Shown here piece after piece: positions 1 through 10,392 of a stretch of DNA of 52,855 nucleotides (positions are counted from its first letter, which is position 1; every line of letters starts with the position of its first letter). The DNA is from an uncultured Candidatus Saccharibacteria bacterium (GTDB lineage Bacteria > Patescibacteriota > Minisyncoccia > Phycocordibacterales > UBA9973), in the NCBI GenBank assembly GCA_964544225.1, contig CAZIZK010000001.1, positions 1 to 52,855 on the forward strand, given 5' to 3'. A program made the translations under genes and the position numbers. The notes under the pieces are model-generated. The model worked only from the letters and a program-made list of their open reading frames with translations, had not been told where the DNA came from and did no database searches.

Positions 1-714
<714 letters not shown>

Positions 715-938
715 AATAGAACGGAACAAAAGAAAAAATAGTTGTTCACATTTCTGTTATGCCCCGACCGTAGCCGGGGCGCTCTATACTTATTATCTGG
801 ACTTGCATACCCACCAATTTGGATAAAATTTGGTGGGCTCTATTCCCGCATCAATGTGATTAACCTTGATGCGGGGCTTGTACTCTATTTAGTTTTCAAC
901 GAAATTAAAACAGCCGGATATACCAGACTGTGACCCCT

Positions 939-966
939 ATTATATACATATAGAAAAAGAAGTCAA
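939..966 (-). promoter_or_regulatory. sigma70-type rRNA promoter TTGACT-16-TATAAT
   Basis: Reverse complements AGTCAA (961-966) and ATTATA (939-944) lie ~225 nt upstream of the 16S. The leader contains hairpins, e.g. a 10-bp inverted repeat at 845-875. Confidence 0.75.
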
Positions 967-989
967 GTCTTTTATTTACACACCTTTTC

Positions 990-1018
990 TTGCATTGTTG
1001 GGGAATATTTGGTACAGT
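990..1018 (+). promoter_or_regulatory. secG promoter TTGCAT-17-TACAGT
   Basis: -35 at 990-995, -10 at 1013-1018, ATG 7 nt downstream. Confidence 0.55.
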
Positions 1019-1025
1019 AGTTTAC

Positions 1026-1259
1026 ATGATGATTATTGCTAATATTCTACCGTATATACAGATTATCCTATCTGTAATAATAACTGTAGCGATCCTACTC
1101 CAACAGTCTGGCGCTGGTGCCGGAGGTGCATTTGGAGGTGGAGATGGCGGGGCACTATATAATACCCGCAGAGGATTCGAGAAGTTCCTCTTCTATACTA
1201 CTATTGTTGTTGCTATCCTATTTGCCGCATCTGCCTTTGTTGCAATACTCATCAGATAA
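1026..1259 (+). CDS. secG: preprotein translocase subunit SecG
   Basis: Two TM helices flanking LLQQSGAGAGGAFGG...TRRGFEKFL. Start moved from 990 to ATG 1026. Confidence 0.9.
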   Translation: MMIIANILPYIQIILSVIITVAILLQQSGAGAGGAFGGGDGGALYNTRRGFEKFLFYTTIVVAILFAASAFVAILIR

Positions 1260-1351
1260 GTTTACTTTATTTTAGAAAATAACATTTTCTTTTACTTTTT
1301 ATATATACTATATAAGTATATATCTATATAAAATATAAAAGGAATGCATCT

Positions 1352-3154
1352 ATGCAAAAATTTTTACAATTCATAAAAAGTATCAAGTTTCCTCGAAAGA
1401 GTCGATTACAAAAAGGCTTCAATGCGTTAACTCATAAAGAATTAAGCATATTAGTAATATCTATTATTGTGGCTTTTGTATCATTGTTGTCCATACTAGG
1501 CAATCTAAACAAACAAGTATCTGTAGAACTTCCTGAATACGGCGGTTCTATTACCGAAGGTATTATAGGTACACCGACTCTTGTGAACCCAGTGCTTGCA
1601 ATATCTGATGCAGACAAGGACATTACAGCACTTGTCTACTCAGGCCTTATGAGGAAGACTCCGACTGGCGACATCGTTCCAGACTTGGCACAATCCATCG
1701 ACATATCACCAGATGGCACACAATATACTTTTATATTGAAAGATGGTTTAAAGTTCCACAATGGGATGCCACTGACAGTAGATGATGTTATATTTACTAT
1801 TAGCAAAGTTCATGATCCGCTAATAAAGAGCCCTCGCAAGACTCAATGGGAAGGTGTTGAAGTAACAAAGAAAGATGACAATACAGTAGTATTCACCCTA
1901 AAGCAACCATATGCATCATTTATAGACAATACAACTATAGGTATATTGCCCGAGGCTCTATGGTCACCATTATCCCCTGCAGAGTTTGGCCTAAGTGCTA
2001 TGAATGTAAAAGCTATCGGCTCAGGACCATACGTGATAGATAGTGTGTCTCGTGATAATGAAAATGTTCCTACCGATTACCAACTTTCATTATTCAAGAA
2101 TTTTATATTAGGTAAACCATATATAAAGAACATCACTATAGTTTCTTATGCAAATGAAAAAGAATTGGTAAATGCTTTAAAGAAGGGTTACATCGACCAA
2201 GCCGGTGGTATCAGCCCTGCCTACGCACACGAACTATCTAAAGATGATTTTAATATCAATACATCAGTACTGCCTAGAGTATTTGGAATATTTTTTAATA
2301 CAAATGAAAACAAGTTATTGGCTGATCTTGCTGTTCGCAAAGCTATCAGCGTAGCACTGGATCGTGAATCTATAATAGAAAGTGTTTTGTATGGATACGG
2401 CACTCCAATGCAAAGCCCTGTTCCAAAAGGTATGGAGAATGAGATAGGTATTTCAAGTGGCACAAAGGAAGATGGTGATATTGCAAAAGCCCAAAGTATA
2501 TTGGAAAGTGCTGGTTGGAAAAAGGGTGAAGACGGTATTTATGGCAAAGGTGGTGGAACTCGCACTGTGACAACAGGTACAGGTAAAAAGAAGAAGACCA
2601 CAGTGGTGTCCAATGGTCCGGCAAGCAAGCTATCCTTCTCTATAACTACTGGCGACACACCTGAGTTAAAAGATACAGCAGAAAAGATAAAGGAAACAAT
2701 GCTTACGCTCGGTATTAATGTAGATATAAAAGTTTACGAGACAGGCCAGCTGAACCAGATAATCCGCTCACGTAAATACGAGGCATTATTATTCGGACAA
2801 GTTATAAACCATGAGTCTGATCTGTTTGCATTCTGGCACACATCACAACGTACTGATCCAGGGCTCAATATAGCAATGTATAGCAATAAAGGCACAGACT
2901 CTATACTTGAAACAGTTCCCAAAGTTCTAAAACGTGATGACCGTATAAAAAAGTATGCCCAATTCGCAACACTATGGAGTCAGGACCTACCAGCAGTTAT
3001 GATCTACTCACCGTATTACATATATGTTATGTCACAAGATATACATGTAGCGAACGAAAGTACTATCACTGTACCTAGTGAACGCTTCTCTTCTATATAC
3101 TCTTGGTATACAAATGTAAATCTAGTATGGAAGATATTCCAAAAATCAAATTAA
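1352..3154 (+). CDS. family 5 (OppA/DppA-like) ABC substrate-binding protein with N-terminal TM anchor
   Basis: GGSITEGIIG, LVYSGL, IVPDLA, YTFILKDGLKFHNGMPLTVDDVIFT and IGSGPY are SBP_bac_5 motifs. Confidence 0.85.
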   Translation: MQKFLQFIKSIKFPRKSRLQKGFNALTHKELSILVISIIVAFVSLLSILGNLNKQVSVELPEYGGSITEGIIGTPTLVNPVLAISDADKDITALVYSGLMRKTPTGDIVPDLAQSIDISPDGTQYTFILKDGLKFHNGMPLTVDDVIFTISKVHDPLIKSPRKTQWEGVEVTKKDDNTVVFTLKQPYASFIDNTTIGILPEALWSPLSPAEFGLSAMNVKAIGSGPYVIDSVSRDNENVPTDYQLSLFKNFILGKPYIKNITIVSYANEKELVNALKKGYIDQAGGISPAYAHELSKDDFNINTSVLPRVFGIFFNTNENKLLADLAVRKAISVALDRESIIESVLYGYGTPMQSPVPKGMENEIGISSGTKEDGDIAKAQSILESAGWKKGEDGIYGKGGGTRTVTTGTGKKKKTTVVSNGPASKLSFSITTGDTPELKDTAEKIKETMLTLGINVDIKVYETGQLNQIIRSRKYEALLFGQVINHESDLFAFWHTSQRTDPGLNIAMYSNKGTDSILETVPKVLKRDDRIKKYAQFATLWSQDLPAVMIYSPYYIYVMSQDIHVANESTITVPSERFSSIYSWYTNVNLVWKIFQKSN

Positions 3155-3215
3155 AATTATTATTAACAAATTAACAAATAAATACTCTACAGAAAAGAAG
3201 AGGAAGAATTAGAAA

Positions 3216-5261
3216 ATGAATCAAAATACAAACAACCCAGGTCAAAAAACAACAAATACAAACAAAGGTCCTCACAGAGCTTCAGGATACCAACACAGAA
3301 GTGCTGGCGCCCCTGGTCGTCCTGTACGTGTAGTACACAAGCCTACAACACCAAATACAAATGGTGCTCCAACAGCAACATCTGCAACTGGAACAAGCCA
3401 CAAGCCTATACATCCAAGGCAGAATCCAAACAGGCACCCAAAGGACTCTAATCGCAACAAAACAAATAAATCTAGTTACCAATACAGTGCTAAGAGCATG
3501 CGTCGAGGTGCACCACCTGCGGCAAGTCATACAGCAACCCGCAACCCAAAGCCTCATACAACTTCAAAAATCCCAGCTCCTGAGAAAGGTGTTATCCGTA
3601 TAATTCCACTTGGAGGTGTAGAGGAAATAGGTAAGAACATGACCGCTATTGAAATAGGTGACGATATCATCGTTATTGATGCTGGTATGCAGTTCAAGAC
3701 CGAGGATACTCCAGGTATCGACTACATCATACCTAACACAACATACTTAGAGGAGAGAAAGGACAAGATCCGTGCCATGTTCGTAACACACGGTCACCTA
3801 GACCATATTGGTGGTATCCCACTTGTTATGAGTCGTATTGGTAACCCACCTCTTTACTCACGCAACTTATCAATACTTTTGATGAAGAAGCGTCAGGAAG
3901 AGTTCCCTCACCTACCACCTTTGAATGTAAATATAGTGGAGAACGACAGCGTAGTTACAGTAGGCAATATACGTGTCCGTTTCTTTGGAGTTACGCACAC
4001 TGTGCCAGACTCTATGGGTATCATAGTAGAGACTCCATACGGATCTATTGTTACACCTGGTGATTACAAACTCGATCAGATCGACGGTGTAGTAAGTGAT
4101 GAAGAGGAAAAGACTTATAAATTCTTCGACAAAGAAAATGTTCTACTACTTCTAACTGACTCTACAAATATTGAGAACGAGGGCTTCTCACAACCCGAGT
4201 CTCGTGTAAACGAAGGGTTAGGCAAGTTGATACGTACCATTTCTGGTCGTATTATTATTGCCGCTTTTGCTTCACATATCACACGTCTAGTAAAGATAGT
4301 AGAAACAGCTGAACAGCTTGGCAAAAAGGTAGTTCTAGATGGCCGAAGTCTAAAGACAAACATGGAAGTCTGTGAACAAGCCGGCCTCTTCAAGCCAAAG
4401 AAAGGCACTATCATCCCTGTTGAAGATGCCGACAACTACCCTCCTAACAAAGTCATAGTTCTTATGACAGGTGCGCAGGGTGAAGAGTTCGCATCATTGA
4501 ACCGTGCTGCAAACAAGACTCACAAGAAATTCACAATACGCAAAGGTGACACTATTATATTGTCAGCCTCTATTGTGCCAGGTAATGAAATATCGGTTCA
4601 ACACCTAAAGGATAACTTGGCTCGTCATGGGGTAAAGATCATCTCTTATCGTACAAGTGAGGAAACAATCCACGCTACAGGTCACGGTAACCAAGAAGAT
4701 GTAAAGTGGCTACACAGAAAGACTCATCCAAAATTCTTTATCCCTATTCATGGATGGCACTCTATGCTTGTTCGCCACAAGGAACTGGCTATGGAGCTAG
4801 GCATGCCTGAGGAGAATATTGTCGTTCCAGACAACGGATCACTGATCGAGATAACAGACGAAGGTACAAAGATAAGTGTAAGGAAGGAAAAGGCTCCAAG
4901 CGCACCTATGATGGTGGACGGCTTCTCTATCGGTGATGAACAAGAAGTAGTAATCCGTGACCGTGTTATGTTGGCTCAGGATGGTATGTTCGTTATCATA
5001 GCTACAGTTGATACACTCAATGGTAAACTACGTAAATCTCCTGACATTATCTCACGTGGGTTCATCTATTTGAAAGAAAACCAGGACTTATTGCACCAAA
5101 CACGCCTAATAATAAAGAAGAGTATCGAGGATGGCACTCGTGGTATGCACCCTGTAAACTTTGACTCTATAAAGACAGATCTTGGTGACAATGTTTCCAA
5201 GTTCCTATTCCAAAAGACTGCAAAGCGTCCATTAGTAATACCAGTTATATTGAGCGTATAA
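3216..5261 (+). CDS. rnj: ribonuclease J with ~120-aa disordered N-terminal extension
   Basis: IIPLGGVEEIGKNM, IDAG, THGHLDHIGG, THTVPDS, HATGHG, FIPIHG and a C-terminal RPLVIPVI. Confidence 0.95.
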   Translation: MNQNTNNPGQKTTNTNKGPHRASGYQHRSAGAPGRPVRVVHKPTTPNTNGAPTATSATGTSHKPIHPRQNPNRHPKDSNRNKTNKSSYQYSAKSMRRGAPPAASHTATRNPKPHTTSKIPAPEKGVIRIIPLGGVEEIGKNMTAIEIGDDIIVIDAGMQFKTEDTPGIDYIIPNTTYLEERKDKIRAMFVTHGHLDHIGGIPLVMSRIGNPPLYSRNLSILLMKKRQEEFPHLPPLNVNIVENDSVVTVGNIRVRFFGVTHTVPDSMGIIVETPYGSIVTPGDYKLDQIDGVVSDEEEKTYKFFDKENVLLLLTDSTNIENEGFSQPESRVNEGLGKLIRTISGRIIIAAFASHITRLVKIVETAEQLGKKVVLDGRSLKTNMEVCEQAGLFKPKKGTIIPVEDADNYPPNKVIVLMTGAQGEEFASLNRAANKTHKKFTIRKGDTIILSASIVPGNEISVQHLKDNLARHGVKIISYRTSEETIHATGHGNQEDVKWLHRKTHPKFFIPIHGWHSMLVRHKELAMELGMPEENIVVPDNGSLIEITDEGTKISVRKEKAPSAPMMVDGFSIGDEQEVVIRDRVMLAQDGMFVIIATVDTLNGKLRKSPDIISRGFIYLKENQDLLHQTRLIIKKSIEDGTRGMHPVNFDSIKTDLGDNVSKFLFQKTAKRPLVIPVILSV

Positions 5262-5262
5262 C

Positions 5263-6447
5263 ATGTTAAAAAAGAAGTTGTATAGAATATACATAATAGC
5301 ATTCGTATTCACACTACATATTGCTATTTCGGCATATATAAATTCGACATTTATCGGTCAGACTGTTACTGAGAAATATGTGGGATTAATGTATACAGCA
5401 TCTTCTATCCTAACATTGTTATTATTGTCCAATACTCAAGTTATATTGAAATATTTCGGCAATAGACGCCTGACTCTCACCTTCTTACTTATAAACATGG
5501 CATCGTTGGCAACTTTTATTGCTAGTAGTAATCCATTGTATATAGGTATTGCTTTTGTATTATTCCTCACCACGAATACTCTAGTATTGTTCTGTATTGA
5601 TATATTTATCGAGCACTTTGGTGAGCCTAGTACTGTGGGTAAAACACGTGGTATATACCTAACGATTATCAACTTCGCTTGGGTTGCGTCACCGATGATT
5701 GCGAGCTTTCTTATATTGAACAAAGGTGGATACGAAGCTATCTATATATTGGCATTTATTATGACTATCATTATGGCTTTGGGGTTGTTTATGTCTATCC
5801 AATCTTTTGATGACAAGACATATACAAAGACACCTTTCATGGATATATACCGTTTCTTAAAACAAAATAAACACATAATGGCGATAACTATTATCAACTT
5901 TATCCTACAGTTCTTCTTTGCAGTTATGGTTGTATATACACCAATATACTTACACCAGCACATGTATATTGGCTGGGATAAACTAGGTATAATATTTACA
6001 ATCATGCTAGTGCCTTTCGTTCTACTTGGTATACCACTAGGTAAACTAATCGATAAGTACCATGTGTCAAAGAGATTGTTGATAAGTATGGGTATCATAA
6101 TCACTGCAGGGTCTACAATAGCTATATCACAGATACATTCTGTATCAGTGATAACTTGGGGACTAGTATTGTTTATGACACGTTTTGGTGCAGCGATGGT
6201 AGAGACTGTTTCAGAAATATATTTCTTTACACACGTGCGCGAAGAGGATGCCTACTTGCTCAGCTTCTTCCGAGATATGCACCCACTTTCATATATATTG
6301 GCCCCATTACTTGGAACATTGTTCCTATCCATATTTGATTTTAAATATTTATTCCTCGCGCTTGGAATATTTGTACTAGGTGGACTTTATTATATTAATA
6401 GGTTAAAACACAATCATGAACAACGAGTACCCATTACGAATCAATAG
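5263..6447 (+). CDS. MFS transporter
   Basis: About 12 hydrophobic segments, with MFS loop motifs ILKYFGNRR and LGKLIDKYHVSKR. Confidence 0.8.
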   Translation: MLKKKLYRIYIIAFVFTLHIAISAYINSTFIGQTVTEKYVGLMYTASSILTLLLLSNTQVILKYFGNRRLTLTFLLINMASLATFIASSNPLYIGIAFVLFLTTNTLVLFCIDIFIEHFGEPSTVGKTRGIYLTIINFAWVASPMIASFLILNKGGYEAIYILAFIMTIIMALGLFMSIQSFDDKTYTKTPFMDIYRFLKQNKHIMAITIINFILQFFFAVMVVYTPIYLHQHMYIGWDKLGIIFTIMLVPFVLLGIPLGKLIDKYHVSKRLLISMGIIITAGSTIAISQIHSVSVITWGLVLFMTRFGAAMVETVSEIYFFTHVREEDAYLLSFFRDMHPLSYILAPLLGTLFLSIFDFKYLFLALGIFVLGGLYYINRLKHNHEQRVPITNQ

Positions 6448-7117
6448 ATATTTAGCTCTTCATAACTACGCTACCCGCAAAGGTGCTGATGTACTTGTAG
6501 AGAAAGGTCTTGTATATATCAACGGTCACAAAGCAATCCTCGGTGACAAAGTCTTCGAAGGTGACACTGTTGAGGTAAAGACAAAGGAAGTTCCATCTTA
6601 TGTATACTATGCCTACAACAAGAAGAAAGGCATCACCACTAACCCCGAGAAGGATTCCCGAGATATATTGAAGGTTACAAAGTTCCCTACCAAAGTCTTC
6701 CCTATTGGACGACTCGACAAAGACTCTCGTGGATTGATAATCATGACCAACGATGGCCGTATTACTGACCGCCTATTGTCACCTAAATACACCCACGAAA
6801 AGGAGTATGTTGTAACAACCGAAAAGGAAGTTACCGATGGCTTTATAGAGAATATGGGTAACGGTGTACGATTCGACGGGTATGTTAGTAAGCCATGTGA
6901 AGTGTGGAGAAAGAAGAAGAATGTATTCCACATAATCCTTACCGAGGGCAAGAAGCGCCAGATTCGCCGTATGTGTGAAGCACTGTACCACGATGTAACA
7001 GACTTGCGCCGTGTACGCATAGGTAATATCCAAATCGGTAAAATCCCCGAAGGCGAATATCGCGACATAAAAGGCCAGGAACTGACTGACTTCCTAACTG
7101 CTTTAAAAATATTATAA
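6416..7117 (+). CDS. S4-domain rRNA pseudouridine synthase (RsuA/RluB/E/F family, RluF-like)
   Basis: LRINRYLA S4 domain, catalytic FPIGRLDKDSRGL, HEKEYVV and EGKKRQIRRM. Confidence 0.9.
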   Translation: MNNEYPLRINRYLALHNYATRKGADVLVEKGLVYINGHKAILGDKVFEGDTVEVKTKEVPSYVYYAYNKKKGITTNPEKDSRDILKVTKFPTKVFPIGRLDKDSRGLIIMTNDGRITDRLLSPKYTHEKEYVVTTEKEVTDGFIENMGNGVRFDGYVSKPCEVWRKKKNVFHIILTEGKKRQIRRMCEALYHDVTDLRRVRIGNIQIGKIPEGEYRDIKGQELTDFLTALKIL

Positions 7118-8452
7118 GTTATCTGGGGCTTGGCCTATAACTAGGTAGGCATTCTTTGTAACTCCACCCGAAATTATCTTTAATGACATTATAGATCCGA
7201 TCTTTTTTGGTCGGATTATGTTTGCAAATTCAGATTCCGAGTCAATGATCTGACCATCTACTTCTAGTATTATATCCCCCTCTTTCAATCCTGCAGTTTG
7301 TGCAGGTGAGCCTGGTAAAACTGCAGGCTCGGTATCATCTTTACCTTTTACTATCAATACTCCATAATCTACTGGCAACATTTTATCTTCTTGAATATTT
7401 TGATTTATAGTTATATAACGCATACCAATGTATGGGCGGGCAATCTTGCCAGTCTTCTTCACCGAAGTTATTACACCCTTTACACTATTAATAGGTAGTG
7501 CGAATCCTATGTTCTCAGATCCAGAAGCTACCGCTACATTAATACCGATAACTTGCCCAGCTAGGTTCAATAGTGGACCACCCGAGTTACCAGGGTTTAT
7601 AGCTGCATCTGTCTGGATAACCTTATCTAGTTTCTCGGAAAAGCCATTGTCCCCTCCGGCACGTACTGAACGTGATAACCCCGATATAACCCCCACTGAA
7701 ACCGTGTTCTTCAACTCACTCAGGGCATTACCTATAGCTACAACACTCTGCCCTACTTCAATACTGTCAGAGTCGCCCAGTTGTAGGTATGGTAAGTTTG
7801 ATCCAGTAATCTGAAGTATCGCAACATCAAGCACCGGGTCACGAGCTAATACAGAGGCTGCATATTTACGTCCATCATTGAGATACACATTATAATCAAC
7901 ATCAGTTGCCAATACTACATGCCTGTTGGTAACTATCATACCAGTGGAAGATATCAGGAAGCCTGACCCACCACCGAGCTTCTTTTGAGTGGTACCGTTT
8001 TGTGTATACACTGGGGTCTTGAATACTGTCCCAGGAACCTCTTTATAAGTTATTGAGTACTTAGGAACATCCTTTGTAATTATAATAGACACCACTGCTG
8101 GGTTCGCCTTCTTTACGGCAGTTATTACTGTTTCTGGATCCTTCGCTATTTCCGGGTTTGTATTTGCTAAAATTTTTGAATCTATATTGTCTACTGGTAT
8201 AGCAATATTTGTATTATCCAAGATCTGAGTCTTGCTCTCTAGGTATTTAGATGCGAGGATATTTAAAGCCTTATCTTTATATTGGAACAATATAATAAAT
8301 ACAATAGACATCAACACAACAAAAGTTACGATACTTGCAATCACGCTTTTGAACACTGTGCCTCGTGCAAATCTACGCAACTTCTTGCGTAGTATTTGTT
8401 TATTTATCTTTATCTTGATCTTTTTAAACTTCTTTAGGTCAATTTTAAACAT
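7112..8452 (-). CDS. htrA: HtrA/DegP-family serine protease (TM anchor, trypsin domain, PDZ)
   Basis: GGGSGF, IVTNRHV, DVAIL, IQTDAAINPGNSGGPL and a PDZ domain. Start set to 8452 (TATAAT 6 nt upstream). Stop codons overlap the convergent gene at TTATAA 7112-7117. Confidence 0.92.
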   Translation of the reverse strand: MFKIDLKKFKKIKIKINKQILRKKLRRFARGTVFKSVIASIVTFVVLMSIVFIILFQYKDKALNILASKYLESKTQILDNTNIAIPVDNIDSKILANTNPEIAKDPETVITAVKKANPAVVSIIITKDVPKYSITYKEVPGTVFKTPVYTQNGTTQKKLGGGSGFLISSTGMIVTNRHVVLATDVDYNVYLNDGRKYAASVLARDPVLDVAILQITGSNLPYLQLGDSDSIEVGQSVVAIGNALSELKNTVSVGVISGLSRSVRAGGDNGFSEKLDKVIQTDAAINPGNSGGPLLNLAGQVIGINVAVASGSENIGFALPINSVKGVITSVKKTGKIARPYIGMRYITINQNIQEDKMLPVDYGVLIVKGKDDTEPAVLPGSPAQTAGLKEGDIILEVDGQIIDSESEFANIIRPKKIGSIMSLKIISGGVTKNAYLVIGQAPDNL

Positions 8453-8472
8453 AATCATATTATACAATGTAA

Positions 8473-9093
8473 CTATCGCAAGACAAAGAAGCCGAGTATC
8501 ATAGCTACAAAGTTAAATATGGTATGTGATACAGAGATAAGAATCAAGTTTTTATATCGAACATACATCCAGGCAAATGCTATACCACCGATAAACGTTA
8601 GTGGTAATACAAAAGTAGCATTTGTATACATAATATGCAGCACGCAAAAAACTGTCGCATTTATAAATATAGCGACTTCCACTCTCTTTACCGCTTCGAG
8701 CAACATCTTCATAAGTATCCCTCGAAATAAGACTTCTTGCATTACACTAATAGGTATAAAAAGTAATAGGAACCTTCTATTGTCCCACCAATTTAGAAAA
8801 GGTTCGTGTGGAACTACTGTGGCAAGCCAATACAAGAACAATATTCCACACAGTGTAAATATGCTGTATTGCACCCATTCCTTCTTCCAGTTCTTTTTTA
8901 GCCCAATATCGGCATATTTCCACTTGGCTTTGTATATAATACCTAGCAACAATAAAGCAATAGTAAACAAGAATAGTAGACGTAATTGCCCTGGAATTAT
9001 CTTGAAATACAATAACAACACCGGCACAATAAACAGATAGAAAACTTGTATCAATACTAGCTCCTCTTTCTTTATTAGATCTTTATTAATCAT
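8473..9093 (-). CDS. CPBP (CAAX/Abi) intramembrane metalloprotease
   Basis: QEVLFRG, F..LH and SHTIFN motifs in a multi-TM protein. Confidence 0.85.
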   Translation of the reverse strand: MINKDLIKKEELVLIQVFYLFIVPVLLLYFKIIPGQLRLLFLFTIALLLLGIIYKAKWKYADIGLKKNWKKEWVQYSIFTLCGILFLYWLATVVPHEPFLNWWDNRRFLLLFIPISVMQEVLFRGILMKMLLEAVKRVEVAIFINATVFCVLHIMYTNATFVLPLTFIGGIAFAWMYVRYKNLILISVSHTIFNFVAMILGFFVLR

Positions 9094-9094
9094 A

Positions 9095-9466
9095 CTACTT
9101 TAAAATAATTTTAATCCTTTCTATATCACGGGCTATAGCCTCGTTCAAGTCACCAACCTCAAAGAACTTCTTCACGTCTCTTATGCGTTCGACAATATCA
9201 ACTTCGATTAATTTATCCTCACTCTCTGGCACGTCCTCGTCTGATATATCTATCAGATGGACTTCGAGGCTGTTATTCATCTCTCCAAATGTTGGTATGG
9301 GGCCATAGTGAAGTGCACCTTTGTAAGTCTTGTTGTCTATCATAACCCACGCAGCATAGATACCAGGCTCCATATCGAAATCATCTGGAAGTTGCATGTT
9401 GATAGTCGGGAAGCCAACCTCCTTACCACGACCCATACCATGAATTTGTTTACTTTGAAATACCAT
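9095..9466 (-). CDS. monofunctional riboflavin kinase
   Basis: GMGRGKEVGFPTIN, PGIY, GPIPTF, LEVHL and ERIR match the RibF C-terminal kinase domain. There is no FAD-synthetase domain. Confidence 0.88.
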   Translation of the reverse strand: MVFQSKQIHGMGRGKEVGFPTINMQLPDDFDMEPGIYAAWVMIDNKTYKGALHYGPIPTFGEMNNSLEVHLIDISDEDVPESEDKLIEVDIVERIRDVKKFFEVGDLNEAIARDIERIKIILK

Positions 9467-10370
9467 ATTTTTGTTGAATGCGAATGATCTTGTACATACT
9501 AAATACTAACAATAAAGCAGCGAACCATTGAGAAACATAAAGCTGTGTGTGGTACAACTTCATATCGATTAATATTGCGATAAATGGAAAAGTCAGCTCG
9601 AGGATTGTAGCAATATGCACAGGTGTACGCTTTAGCCCTTTGTAATATATTAGCAATCCCACCATACCTGTAGTCACAGCTATTAGGGCGAATAATCCGT
9701 ATTGAGGGATAGTTGGTAGTGATAATGTATTTGAATATCCAAATACAAATAATACAAACAAGGCTATGATACTAGTAAACAAGAAGCGGTAGAATGTAGA
9801 TGCAGTGCTCGATAACTTACCCAAAAGCATCTTTGAGAATGTTGTCGAACTACCCCATGCAAAGGCAGCACCGAGCGCATATAGGGCGGCTATGATAGTC
9901 CCCTCGCCTGTTTGTGTATTTACGATACCACCAGGGAATGTAACAAAGAATGCAGATATTATGGCAACTAGTGCCCACGGTATATAGGCTTTGTTAATCT
10001 TTTCTTTCAAGAAGATTCGAGCCGAGGTTATAGCAAAGAGTGGTTGCAACTTTTGTAATAGAAATACTACAGAGAAAGATATGAAGTGTACCTTTAGAAG
10101 TGCAGTCGTGAACCACAATGTTCCTAGCAATCCTGACAATAATGATATTAATAACAGTATCCAGAAATTGTTCTTTGACAATCTCTCCTTTACTATGTAC
10201 TTCCAAGCAAATGGTAACAATATAACAAGCCCGATTAGGTGTTCGAAGAATATAATAGTAATAGGTGGCAAGCTATACAAGTTACGACGGATAATACCAT
10301 CGAATGCCCACAGTAATGCAGCAATGATTATAAAGACTGGTCCAATAGGAAACTTTTTATTATTATTCAT
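9450..10370 (-). CDS. EamA/DMT family transporter
   Basis: About 10 TM segments in two repeats, with QPLFAI..ARIFLKEK and YYKGLKRTP..A motifs. Confidence 0.85.
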   Translation of the reverse strand: MNNNKKFPIGPVFIIIAALLWAFDGIIRRNLYSLPPITIIFFEHLIGLVILLPFAWKYIVKERLSKNNFWILLLISLLSGLLGTLWFTTALLKVHFISFSVVFLLQKLQPLFAITSARIFLKEKINKAYIPWALVAIISAFFVTFPGGIVNTQTGEGTIIAALYALGAAFAWGSSTTFSKMLLGKLSSTASTFYRFLFTSIIALFVLFVFGYSNTLSLPTIPQYGLFALIAVTTGMVGLLIYYKGLKRTPVHIATILELTFPFIAILIDMKLYHTQLYVSQWFAALLLVFSMYKIIRIQQKYGISK

Positions 10371-10392
10371 ATCAGATTATTATACTACAAAA

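Noticed and set aside
742-933. 63-aa + strand ORF
   Set aside because: It lies antisense to the rRNA leader and its hairpins and has no protein features.
7112-7117. Shared TTATAA double stop between convergent genes
   Set aside because: Ordinary compaction in a streamlined genome, with no further signal.
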